DNA from: Macrostomum lignano
Lineage: Eukaryota
Direction: 5' to 3'
DNA length: 64,000 bases
NCBI GenBank assembly: GCA_002269645.1
Contig: NIVC01001704.1
Coordinates: 1 to 64,000 of the forward strand
In this document: piece by piece, positions 32,391 to 44,757 of the stretch
How the letters are laid out: every line of letters starts with the position of its first letter
How positions within the stretch are numbered: position 1 is the first letter of the stretch
Made by a program: the position numbers and the translations under genes
The notes under the pieces: generated by a model
Told to the model about the DNA's origin: nothing
The model's database searches: none
What the model saw: only the letters and a program-made list of their open reading frames with translations

Positions 32391-33395
32391 TCGTCCGAGC
32401 GGCATCAACACAGGGGCAAGTGTCATCTGCATTTATCTGATGATAACTTTCCATTAACTCTGACAGAACTATCCACTACTAATGTATACAATGTAACATA
32501 CCGACAATATAAATATATACCATATCAAGTTCAAGAGGTTTCTGTAAATTTATATTATTATTCAAACTCGGGACGAGTTTTTTGTAACATGGGAGATTTT
32601 GTAGAGTATTCAGCCTCTCTCAAAAATCCATAAAATTGTTAACGTACTACTTATATAGTAGTAAGACAAGTAGCATGTATAAAGATATGCACTAACCCAT
32701 ACAAATAATTTGATCAACCTAGAAGTGATCAAATATCTAAAAATAACTGAGCTGCTGTACCCTATCATGCGCGCTTACACTAAACCAATGAAGTAACTTT
32801 CTACCATGCCATGTTTGACAGCAACCAATCCGTGAACCTTTGACATTTAAGACAATGAACCTCATGTGGGGTCCGATTGCCTATAAATACAAGTGGTCCA
32901 GAGCGGACCCGGAGCTTCAGATTTTAGACTCCAGAAGGAGCAGCTCCGAAGAGGAAGCCATCAGGAGACTTCCTACCTAGACTCGTTCGAGTTCTTGCGG
33001 TAAGCCTTTCTCATTTGCACCCGTTTTTAGAGTCGACTCGTATTGTTGTTGAGTTAGAGTCTGTTAAGACTCTTGAATCCATTAAGAATCCATTGGTCGT
33101 AGTCTCCAGAAGGACTAACCCTGATAGATCTTAGAAGACTATCAGAGCTTACCGGAGCCATACCTAGAGTGCATAGCAGCGCTCTAGAAGGAAAAGGCTT
33201 TCTAGAAACCAAAGTAAGGCACAGGGATCCCATTGTTAATTCGAAGCTTCCTATTGGTCCGAACTACAGATACCACACCGGCCGGCAAGAAGTCAAGGAG
33301 CACAAAGAAGACTCGGAACAGAGACAAGAAGTAAGGCGCCAGATCAACTGATCTAACTGAATCCTATTGCGAGATCAACTCACAGGAAGAGCACT

Positions 33396-35120
33396 TGTAG
33401 AGTGTTCTACCTCCCGTTAAAAAAAGGTTAAAAGAAGATAATCGTATAATGCTACTACAAGTAAGTAAGTACACGCATGTGCGCCTAAGCTTTGAATGAA
33501 TCACGCTACCAGGAAAAGATGTTACCAAAATGATACGCCATGAGCCATTTTCCCCTTTTAGCGCAACACGTGGTTTGTAATGATGCTATTTTGGATCAAA
33601 AAGTTGCCTATAAATACAAGCGGTCCGAAGCGGACCAGGAGCCAACTCCCGACGAGAGGAGAAGCTCCGAAGAGGAAGCCTTAGGAGGACTTCCTGATCA
33701 CCAAGTCAATCGAGACTCGGTCGAGTTGTTGCGGTAAGCCTTCCTGATTTGCGCCTGTTGTGTTAGAGACGTCTCGCTCAAGTCTATCGAGACTTGAATC
33801 TATTTGAGTCTGTTGAGACTCTTGAGTCTGTTTAGACTCCATTGGTTGCAGTCTCCAGAAGGACTGCCCCTGATAGATCTTAGAGGACTATAAGTGGTTT
33901 CCGGAGCCATACCTAGAGTGCAGAGAGGCACTACTAGAAGAAGAAGGCTTAATTCAGACCGCAGTTTGGCGCAGGGATCCCATTGTTAATTCGGAAGCTT
34001 CCCATTGTGTAGAGTGTTCTACCTCCCGTTAAAAAAGGTTAAAAGAAGATAATCGTATAATGCTACTATAAGTAAGTAAGTACACGCATGTGCGCCTAAG
34101 CTTTGAATGAATCACGCTACCAGGAAAAGATGTTACCAAAATGATACGCCATGAGCCATTTTCCCCTTTTAGCGCAACACGTGGTTTGTAATGATGCTAT
34201 TTTGGATCAAAAAGTTGCCTATAAATACAAGCGGTCCGAAGCGGACCAGGAGCCAACTCCCGACGAGAGGAGAAGCTCCGAAGAGGAAGCCTTAGGACTT
34301 CCTGATCACCAAGGCAATCGAGACTCGGTCGAGTTGTTGCGGTAAGCCTTCCTTATTTGCGCCCGTTGTGTTAGAGACGTCTCGCTCAAGTCTATTGAGA
34401 CTTGAGTCTATTTGAGTCTGTTGAGACTCTTGAGTCTGTTTAGACTCCATTGGTTGCAGTCTCCAGAAGGACTGCCCCTGATAGATCTTAGAGGACTATC
34501 AGTGGTTTCCGGAGCTATACCTAGAGTGCATAAAGGCACTGCTAGAAGAAGGAGGCTTAATTCAAACCGCTGTTCGGCGCAGGGTACCCATTGTTGATAC
34601 GAGGCCTCTGATTGGTCCTGACTGAAGATACCGGCCGGAGGAACTTATCGGAAGTACAAGAGGAACCAGGACCAGAGCAACTGAAGAATCAAGGCGCCTG
34701 ATCTACGAGATCACATAGAGACAAGCGAGATCTACTCGAAGACTACAGAAGAGATATCTCCAAGCGACGTCAAGGTAAGAAGTACCTTTAATTGACTTAC
34801 TGGGTTGCCTAGCTATTGAGCTAGAAGTGAGTGTTCTTTGATTACCATAAGTCGGGTAATAAGGGACACATCAATTGGTCCGAGCGACAGAATCCGGCCG
34901 GAACTAATTGAAGAAGAAAGAAGAATCGGACCCGATCTACAAACGATAGTCAGAAGTGACTGTACGAGATCAACTGAAACTAATCGAGAGCTACTCCGAG
35001 AGATCTCCAAAGGACTCAAGGTAATTGAATACCTTCTGTTGACTTACTGGGTTGCCTAGCTACTGAGCTAGAAGTGATTTTTCCTTGATTATCGAAAGTC
35101 GGGTAATAAGGAACACATCA
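33396..35120 (+). mobile_element. Nested solo LTR, TSD CACT, itself interrupted at 34008-34873
   Basis: CACT at 33392-33395 and 35121-35124. Confidence 0.92.
34008..34873 (+). mobile_element. Innermost solo LTR, TSD ATTG
   Basis: ATTG at 34004-34007 and 34874-34877; nearly identical to its host LTR. Confidence 0.92.
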
Positions 35121-35238
35121 CACTAGTCAGGACTCAAGGTAATAAATACCTTCGTTTGATTACTGGGTTGCCTAGCAGTAGCTAGAAGTGATTGTTCCTT
35201 GATTACTAAGAAAGTCTTGGTAGTAAGGAACACATCAT

Positions 35239-35367
35239 ATACGCTCGCATTTTATTCGGGGTTTTACAGGCGCATTGTTGGGGAGCTTACGATCGGGAGA
35301 TCTTTTGGTTGTGGACGATCTGCAAAGCGAGATTGCTAAATCTGCCGACTTCACGGCTGTCTTCAAA
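35239..35367 (+). pseudogene. Fragment of a Polinton packaging ATPase (third element or rearranged B)
   Basis: HFIRGF...LRSGDLLVVDDLQSEIAKSADFTAVFK versus NLIRGF...LRPHDLLVVDDLQSEMAKSPEFTAIFTK in element A. Confidence 0.85.
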
Positions 35368-35780
35368 GAACTGTCAGCTGTTTTATATACAAAAGTTAGT
35401 GGGGTTAAGAAGAATAAGTCAGTTGTAGCAAGGACTAAAGAAGATGGGGTGATCGCTCATCTCTTCTGAAACAAAAAACCGCACGCCCGGTTCGATATCG
35501 CTAGACTTGCAGGTCGTGATGGCCCACTCTGTTGGGCCAACTCTATATAAAAAGGAGAGGAGATGGAGTCTAACAAATCCAACTTAGCCGCGTTCCAAAA
35601 GAATATTTTATCAATTACAATACTTCGAGCGAATACTACGGGCGAATGTATGGAAAAGTCGGCATAAAAAGGCCTTAGCCGAGCGGTATGTCAAAGAAGG
35701 TAAGCAATTATTTGACTTTGTGTTTAACAAAAATTTTTAAATGATCTTGCAGTAATGCCCTGCATTTCTACTTCTTGCAG

Positions 35781-35978
35781 CCAAAAAACGGGGTATTTAA
35801 CAGACCCCCACCGGGCTACGAAAGCACGATCGGAAGGGTTAAAGGAGGACAAGTAGGCGTGGAGATTGTTCTGATCTCAACGAGTAACGGGAGTAACGGC
35901 TATCGCTTGAATATCCACGAGGAAGGAAGTGCTCAAATAAAGTCGGAGGAATACTTTGATTTGACGATGGACAATTAA
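35781..35978 (+). CDS. Coding exon of an unknown small protein (intact copy)
   Basis: Protein-level conservation with 27893-28090. Confidence 0.55.
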   Translation, partial: PKNGVFNRPPPGYESTIGRVKGGQVGVEIVLISTSNGSNGYRLNIHEEGSAQIKSEEYFDLTMDN

Positions 35979-38851
35979 GTGAAGAAAGGCTGAGGTTTGA
36001 ATCGATACTTTAAACTTTGGGCTTTTTATGTAATTTAATAGAGGCTTTGAAAAACAACTGTTGTACGTAAGCTGTTGTTTTAGTTTCTTGTATATTTCTT
36101 TTATAGCTAAAGTAAAGCGAGTAAACCGCAAAATAAATTTAATTAGTAAAAAATGTAAGCAATGCAAGCAAAACGTATTAGGAAAAAGACGCATAATATA
36201 TAGGTGTGGTTGATAACGGTAGAAAATTGGTAGACAAGCACCCACTATACAGTCTTAAATTGAAAACTTGTGTCTTTTGTTTCTTTTGGCAAGTTGAGCC
36301 AAGAATTGTCTTGGTGATTTTTTCCAGTGCGCTGCTTCGGAGCTTTTTTAAGAGCCTTGTCTTGTAGCGAGAGGGAGTGTACGTAGCTTGTGGGCTTCGA
36401 TTAAGGGTAGTGCATTGGAGTAGGTTGAACATTTGGCTAAGTACGAGTTATTGAGTAGTAGGAAAGGCTTTGACCGCATACCAATTATAATACTGTATTC
36501 TTATTTGTGCAATACTTGAGTTTCTATTCAGCGCTTAATACGAATTTTGCGCACGGCAAACTTTGAACAACGTTTATTAGAGACACTCCAATTAATGCTG
36601 AAGAATAGAAAGTTTAAGCTAGACAGAGGGTCTTAGCAACAACACGTTAATAATATAAAATTAATCAGTAATATTGGGAAAGTAAGCAACAATGGCCATA
36701 GGCATAAAAGGTTAAAAAAAATAAAAGGAGTGAGCTGAGGTCGTACCATCAAGCACACGGAAATTAAATTTGAAAGTAAATCTAAGCAAGATTAGCAGTT
36801 GCATAACATAAGTAGAGGTCTGCTAATCGCAGGTGCAAAAATAAAAGCAAAAAAATACTAGGGCTGTTAGCAGTCCGACAAGTTTTTCGTTGCCAATAAA
36901 TGAAGCGGACTGAAATTGGTGCTTTGAACTGCGAGGCCCAGGTTAGCCAGATTCCTTAGCGCAGTAACGATCTATTGCTGAATCATTGCTTTGCTTTAGA
37001 TGCGAGTTTGGCGAAATACTCCAATCGTAAACTTCATAGCACACAGCGATTTAAGCGATTTTATAGGGAGCGAAAGGGGTCTTATGAGATCGATAACAAG
37101 GGGAAAAGCAAAATATGGTGTATTGCCGTTACTTTACTGTACGCCCGCCGCTCCCAATGTAGGTAAAGCGTCAAACTTTGCATCATGTAAAAGAAAACAA
37201 AATTTCGAACAATCTGGCGAAAAATTATCATTTTAAGTGCAATTGATCCAGAGTTATAAGCAGTTTAGCTGCAATGCAAACTTTAAAAAATTGCCATATA
37301 TTTCGAGTGTTGTGTCCTTCTACTTAAGTAGTCCTTGTTGCGAACCCATATGCGAACATTCCTATTTAGCCAATTCGTTCATATGATATTTATGCAGCAC
37401 GCCACGGCCTTTTGCGAAATAATACTTTTTGTGGTGCTTAAATAAAAAAACGAATTAATAATGTACAAAAGGGGTTTTGCACATTTTGAAGCGAGGGGGA
37501 GGTGTATTAGGGCGTAATTAAAACCCGGATAGATTTGCTTTTACACTACTAACAGTAGTTTCCAGTAGCAGAAATATCGGTAACTGTAGCAGAAACAGTT
37601 GAGGTTTTGGGGGAATCTTTATAAATACAGGGTTACCGAAATTTAGAAACAGCTGAGAGAGTTAGTATTTTTAACCATATGTAAAGTTCTTAGTTTGCAT
37701 CGCGCTGCATCCTAGATACGAGTGCGACGGCTATGAGGTCAATACAATGAGGTCCTGAGGTCAGCACGGAATTTACGAAGAGAAGGCTGCGCGCAAGTTC
37801 AAAGGGACCCAAGGACGCTACATGTTGCTCTTTCAACTGCATTCCGTGTTTGCAGCCGCAGAGAGCAACGTCTGGCGCGCCAGTTTCGCGTTGCAGTCAT
37901 AGAGAGTGGCGAATGCGACCGGATAGGCAATCGGGTGGAGCTTGGCGTCCGTATTTCCTGGCTGCCGCACTCAAGTTCGGGTTCCGTCGCCGGGAGCAAG
38001 AAGCAAGCTTCGAACCAAGACGATGCTACTGAGGATCACCCAGCTTTGAAGCGGGTCGCGACTGCGACCCGAAAGAAGACACCGGCACCAAGCGCCGGCA
38101 AGATACGTACAAAGGCGCCAGGCAAGATGGTGGCGACCAAAGACATTGCGCGATGCCAAATCTCGAACTCTGATGAGGAGTCCAATGCCACCGAACAGGA
38201 GTGAGCAATGTTCGTTTTATTTAAATTCCATGTCAGCACAGCATACCTAAAGCAACGGCAAGCATGTCTCAAGTCTAGTGAAAGTCAACTCAGCTTTACT
38301 TGTTTCAGGCATAATTTGTTTGGCTGCTTGTCTGCTGGGTTCGAAGATTTGCGTGATTTTTAGGCATGGATTTCGCTGCATTACTCGCTTGCGATAACTA
38401 AATGCCCAACGTAGTGCCGTCACCCAAAATCGAGAACACGCCCTTCCTCGGCCACCTCACTATGAGACATGCTTGCTGCAAGGGCTCAGGCAAAACGGTC
38501 TTTAATGCTGTTGCGTTGGCGGCGGCTGCGATAGCAGTATAGTATGGAGCATTCCACCATCTACTGCTGGACCGGAAGCGTCTCATGGAACAAAGGAAAT
38601 CAAAATTTTAGTAAAAGATTTACTTAGTTGCTAAGGCATTATCGTATAAACTTTAGGCGAACAAAAAACAGATTACTCGGATGAGGATGCCACAGGGGAG
38701 CATCCAGACGCCGTTTGAAATAATTACATGTATGTACATTATAAAAAATATGTATCGTTGGCTCGCATTAGTCCAACTTTAGAGTCGAAAATTCTTGGCT
38801 TTTGTAAGAAATACTGGCTGGTCACAGCCCCTATTTTACGTCCTAGATGTC

Positions 38852-39133
38852 CTAGGAGTCCCTGGCTTTCCCGCCTAGTTTCCAGTCCCAGTCCAGCGGA
38901 GATCTAGGAGTCCCTGGCTTTCCCGCCTAGTTTCCAGTCTCAGTCCAGCGGAGATCTAGGAGTCCCTGGCTTTCCCGTCTAGTTTCTAGTCTCAGTCCAG
39001 CGGAGATCTAGGAGTCCCTGGAGTCTCTGGCTTTCCCGCCTAGTTTCCAGTCCCAGTCCAGCGGAGATCTAGGAGTCCCTGGCTTTCCCGCCTAGTTTCC
39101 AGTCCAAGTCTAGCTGAGATCTAGGAATCCCTG
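38852..39133. repeat. Tandem repeat, ~52-bp unit, about 5 copies
   Basis: CTAGGAGTCCCTGGCTTTCCCGCCTAGTTTCCAGTCCCAGTCCAGCGGAGAT repeated. Confidence 0.92.
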
Positions 39134-40186
39134 CTTCTGCGCATCGAAATTGCGCAGCTCCTAACTGAATCAGTGACAGTAAACAGCAGAGCAAGCGCTC
39201 GAATGCAATACACTAAAATTATTTTTCGCCACTAACCTAAACTACTTGATAAAGAAATTCATAAGTAGAATAACTTGGACATTATTGTGCACAATTTGTT
39301 TTCGGCTATGTTTTACGAAAGATCTTGAAATTAAAAATAAAAATGTTAATATGGATTTAAATATAGAATATAATCTTCTATTCAGATGGCTCATGGCTAC
39401 TCTTAAACTTCAAAACTAGAACACAGCAAAATAGTGCATTTGAACATCAATATATTGACCCAACTGCTTTGACAAGCTGCTCTCGAAGAGCAGATCAGAG
39501 CAGAAGAACAATAACTGCAACGATTAGCACGCACAAAAGCTATCACAAAGCACTATCAATACTAATAGTTATTCAATTCGATACCAAATGAAGCACAAAA
39601 GCTCTCGAAAAACTTACCAACTCGAACCTGAATCTCACTAATATGCAATATAAAGCTTGCAGTATCTGAACGAACGAATTCGCGGACGCACGCAAGCGAC
39701 TGTAGCCTCTGCTGTGGCTGTGAATCAGGCAGCCGAACCCCATGCAAGCCGAAGCATAAAAGGTTAAGAAAGAGGCAGAGAGGAGTGTTCCGCCTCTACA
39801 GATGCAGCCTCCCCCCCCCACCTCCCCAGGCTCCCCTTCCATTCGCTGCAGCCACTGAATACAGAGATTGCCGCGCAGACTGATGACTAATGCGTCAAGC
39901 ATGCCTGCTGGTGAGTCACAGAACTGTTCCAGCTTCACCCTCTGGGGCCAAGGCCGCCACTGTCTGGGATGGTCTGGCTGGCTCAAGGCTCTGACACAGT
40001 TCTGGCCCAGATCTGTGCAAAAAGCGTTTAGGTTCCAAATAATCTGGAATCCAAAAAGCCTAGACTAGACTTCAGGCAAGTTGTAAGTGGGTCTGTCAGT
40101 AATCGAATCTCTATTAGGCTTTTCAAAGTTCCGATTCCAGAACTAGGAATGGATTGGAGCCTTGCAGTTTGCTTGGTCCAGATCTG

Positions 40187-40840
40187 AAACTGTGTGCTCT
40201 GTTCTGGAACTGTGTGCTCTGTTCTGGAACTGTGTACTCTGTTCTGGAACTGTGTGCTCTGTTCTGGAACTGTGTGCTCTGTTCTGGAACTGTGTGCTCT
40301 GTTCTGGAACTGCTGCTCTGTTCTGGAACTGTGTGCTCTGTTCTGGAACTGTGTGCTCTGTTCTGAAACTGTGTGCTCTGTTCTGGAACTGTGTGCTCTG
40401 TTCTGGAACTGTGTACTCTGTTCTGGAACTGTGTGCTCTGTTCTGGAACTGTGTGCTCTGTTCTGGAACTGTGTGCTCTGTTCTGGAACTGTGTACTCTG
40501 TTCTGGAACTGTGTGCTCTGTTCTGGAACTGTGTGCTCTGTTCTGGAACTGTGTGCTCTGTTCTGGAACTGTGTACTCTGTTCTGGAACTGTGTGCTCTG
40601 TTCTGGAACTGTGTGCTCTGTTCTGGAACTGTGTGCTCTGTTCTGAAACTGTGTGCTCTGTTCTGGAACTGTGTGCTCTGTTCTGGAACTGTGTGCTCTG
40701 TTCTGGAACTGTGTGCTCTGTTCTGGAACTGTGTGCTCTGTTCTGGAACTGTGTGCTCTGTTCTGGAACTGTGTGCTCTGTTCTGGAACTGTGTGCTCTG
40801 TTCTGGAACTGTGTGCTCTGTTCTGGAACTGTGCTCTGTC
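40187..40840. repeat. 20-bp minisatellite (AACTGTGTGCTCTGTTCTGG)
   Basis: Direct inspection. Confidence 0.97.
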
Positions 40841-41650
40841 AAGACTTGCTTAGGAATTTTTCAAAAGGCCTCGGAACAAGCGACAACACTTCGATCGATT
40901 GAAATCAGCCTTCAAGCCTGGCATGCAGATGCAGGCCTGTTTCTCAAGCACACGGAGTCAGAGGTAGAAGGCATCGGTCTACGAGCGTAGGTTCAATTTT
41001 ACCCTCTGCGTTTACTTTTCCATTCGTTTACTGACAGACTAACCAGCAGCCGCTGCCTCCCTTGCCAACCAGCGATTGGAAATCAAGTAGGCCGAACAGG
41101 GGCTCGCACTAACCATACGGAAGTTCGGCCATTTCATTTTCGCCAAGACACGGAAGCCTCATCCGGCAGCGGGACAGGCGAGAGATGGGCGGCAGTGGAT
41201 TGACTAGCGGAGTTCGCGCGGCTATTCAATCGCAAAAGAAAGATTTAGGGAGAGAGAGGGGGGGGCGCACGGAGGAGATGCAAAGATAACTTTTCAGGGA
41301 GCTAAATTTGGACGAGTGAAAGTACTGCAGCCGTCGCGCCGAAGGGGAGGGCAGTTTCCAGTTTCCAGTGTTTCCGAGACTCGATGGGGCAGTTAGGAAT
41401 TCGGACAGCGGGGCTGGGGGCACTAGAGAGGCAGGGAGGTTGCCGAAGCCTCTGCCGAGGCGGCAAGTGCTTTCCCGAATTCCGAATTCTGCGCCCGGCC
41501 GGCCGCCCCCAGTTAAGCCTTCAGACAGCCGGTCAGCGAGGGCCACTCGGCCAGAACCCATAAAAGACGGCCAAAGATCAGCAGAGCCGGACACAGACCA
41601 GAGGCATTCAGAGCTACTATGCGAGTGCACTTTGACTCGACGAACCCTGG

Positions 41651-42151
41651 ATGCCCGCGATCGAAACTTCTGCCGGCTCGCCACAGCCGCAGTCGACCAC
41701 GCCGCAGCCGCAGCCTCTGCAGCTTCAGCTGCACCAGATGCCGAAGACTTCCAGCGCGCTGGCTGTCGGGGCCGGGTGGCCAGTTTGGGCGGCGCACCTG
41801 CTTGTTGTGGTCGCCTGCTTCGCCCTGCTGTGCGTCAGCTTCGCAGCCTACCATCGAAAGCAGCTGCGGGTGGCTGCGGCCAAGCGGCACCGGCTAGCGA
41901 TGCGCGGCCGTACGAAACTGCGTATGATGTCCAGCGTGTCCGGCTGCGCGACCTTCGGCTCCGACGGCAACGGAGGCCACCCGAACGCCTGCGGCTGTCC
42001 GCTGCGGCTCAGCGCCGACATGGGCGTCCCGTTTGGCGGCTCGCTCGGTGGCGCCGGCTTCGCGGCGGACTCCGGCAAGCGCAAGGGTGGCGGCATGCTG
42101 ATGTTCGACTTCCGCCGGCAGTCGGGCAGGGGCGGCCCGAGCGCGATGTGA
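41651..42151 (+). CDS. Putative single-pass membrane protein, 166 aa, copy 1
   Basis: Hydrophobic WPVWAAHLLVVVACFALLCVSFAAY followed by basic HRKQLR; GC-rich codon usage. Confidence 0.55.
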   Translation: MPAIETSAGSPQPQSTTPQPQPLQLQLHQMPKTSSALAVGAGWPVWAAHLLVVVACFALLCVSFAAYHRKQLRVAAAKRHRLAMRGRTKLRMMSSVSGCATFGSDGNGGHPNACGCPLRLSADMGVPFGGSLGGAGFAADSGKRKGGGMLMFDFRRQSGRGGPSAM

Positions 42152-42302
42152 CGGGCGTGACTGCGCCGGAAGCCTCTGGCCACATTGTCCCATTGTAATT
42201 CCTCACTATAAATTCTGCCTTTAATGCTCTGCTATGCAGCTTGAAGTCTCGATTGTTTCAATTCAGTGAACAGCGTTGATTGAATTGCGTGCTTTATTTG
42301 CG

Positions 42303-43117
<815 letters not shown>

Positions 43118-43903
43118 GGCTAAAGAGATTACACTGAAGTGCGAGCGAAACTTGCGGATGAGCGAGTAGCAGCAGAAACCAGGGACGTCTCACTCCCATC
43201 TGCTCAGTGTTGAATAAATTATGAGGAAAAAAACACTTATCGCGAGTGTAGAAGAAGCACTGAAGTCTGGCACGGTTTTTGGAAGTCATCTAGGAATGAA
43301 TGTCTGGGATGCGACAATGGCGAGCGAGAGAAAAACGTCAGGGATGCTGAGAGCCGTGAGAGGTAATAGAAAAAATGAACAAAAGGCAACGTCTTTTGTC
43401 TTCTGTGTACCAGACTGAGATCTCCTGCTCCTTCTCAACTTCTTAGCAGCTCTCAGCCGCCCTCTCTCCTAATTATTCTTTTCTTCTCCTGCCTGACTAC
43501 CTGACGGCCTGCCTGTCACACGGAAGAAGCTCTCGATCGATTGAGGCTGAGACGATGAAAGGCAGTTTGTTGCTATGACAAAAATAGATTTGGCCTAACT
43601 AACTACCTAAATTCAGGAAGCCCATTGCATCTTTGCCGACTCTGCGATAGGAAATCATGCGCTTTTTTTAGAGGAGCTGCTTCGGGTCAGTCGATGAGAT
43701 GACAACTGTGTCACCCTATGCATGATCGGAAGAGCTCGAGACAAACGATAGAATCAAGTTAGCAACGATCATCGAAGCTTGATCTTGACGATATTCCTTT
43801 ATTTTGTATTTATTTATGTATTTTTATTTATTTATTTATAATGAGGGCAAGTTTCAGCACTTATTAAAAGTATGTTCATTGCTGATACAAGTAGCGAACC
43901 TAG

Positions 43904-43975
43904 GGGCCGTAGCCCAGTGGTCCAGCGCGGCGCTCTTACGTGCCCGCGGCTCATGCACGATTCCAAGTGCAGCCA
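43904..43975 (+). other. Degenerate tRNA-derived sequence (SINE head or pseudo-tRNA, Lys-CTT-like loop)
   Basis: A-box TAGCCCAGTGG, loop CTCTTAC and degenerate B-box GCACGATTCC. Related head at about 56935. Confidence 0.4.
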
Positions 43976-44757
43976 CATTAATTTGGGGCTAAATCGGAAT
44001 CTCGGCTTGGCTCTGCTCGTGCAATCAACGCCCTTGAGGGCCAACCCCAAAGGCACAGTGAAGTTTAAATGCCTAAAGATAGATAAAGTCAGGGCCGCTG
44101 TACACTCCTGTGTGAGTGTGTGCCTGTGCGTATGACTGCGTACGTATCCGCACGCTTGTGTGCCTGCTCAGAGGAGTCGGCGGAATAGGTTCCTCCCCAT
44201 CCCCTCCCCTTTATTTACGGAATCTCTCGCTCCAACACAAACTTCTGCAAAAATATTGTTGTTGGGCAGCCAAATATGAGTTCTCATCTGAGCTAGGGCT
44301 GCTCCTGAAGCGCATCTGACACGGGAAGTTGCAAACGGGAACTTATCAATTTTTAATGGCGCTGCCAAAGCCACTTAACATCGTTGAGAAAGCTGGGGCC
44401 AGAGCGAGGGAATTATCAGAAATTAACCATTTGGAAGCCAAAGGCCTGCACCGCAGGACATACCGAAACGGCCCAAAAGCCCAGAGATTGATAAATGTCT
44501 ATGGCATCAAAAATCATCTCCCAATCACTACAGCAAGTGCCCAGTATGACCTGCTGTGCAGGTCATGACTGATTTAAAGAAGTCCATTATGCATTTCCAT
44601 TATTTTTTCACTCAAATGTTAAAGGTGAAATAAGCGTGTAAAGTGAAAATATGATGTGATGCACAAATGCATGGTTCCAAACAAAACAAGGACATGAAAA
44701 GAAAAGTGCAGCAGGTTTCAAGTTAGGAGACGCCAATACAGGACTGCTCGTGGGACC

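Larger units (their letters stand above)
32600..35237 (+). mobile_element. 3' LTR, interrupted by a nested LTR at 33396-35120
   Basis: TG...CA ends; upstream hairpin and GGGAGA tract. Confidence 0.85.

Noticed and set aside
37935-38204. K/A-rich ORF followed by a possible donor
   Set aside because: Might be a host exon, but there is no supporting motif or partner exon.
40123-40990. Long Cys/Leu-rich ORFs, also at 51.3 and 60.9 kb; possible CRISPR-like array
   Set aside because: They are translations of a 20-bp minisatellite. There are no unique spacers and no cas genes, and the context is eukaryotic.
41368-42198. 276-aa overlapping ORF (three copies)
   Set aside because: Low-complexity R/A/P frame overlapping the more plausible TM-protein frame in GC-rich DNA.
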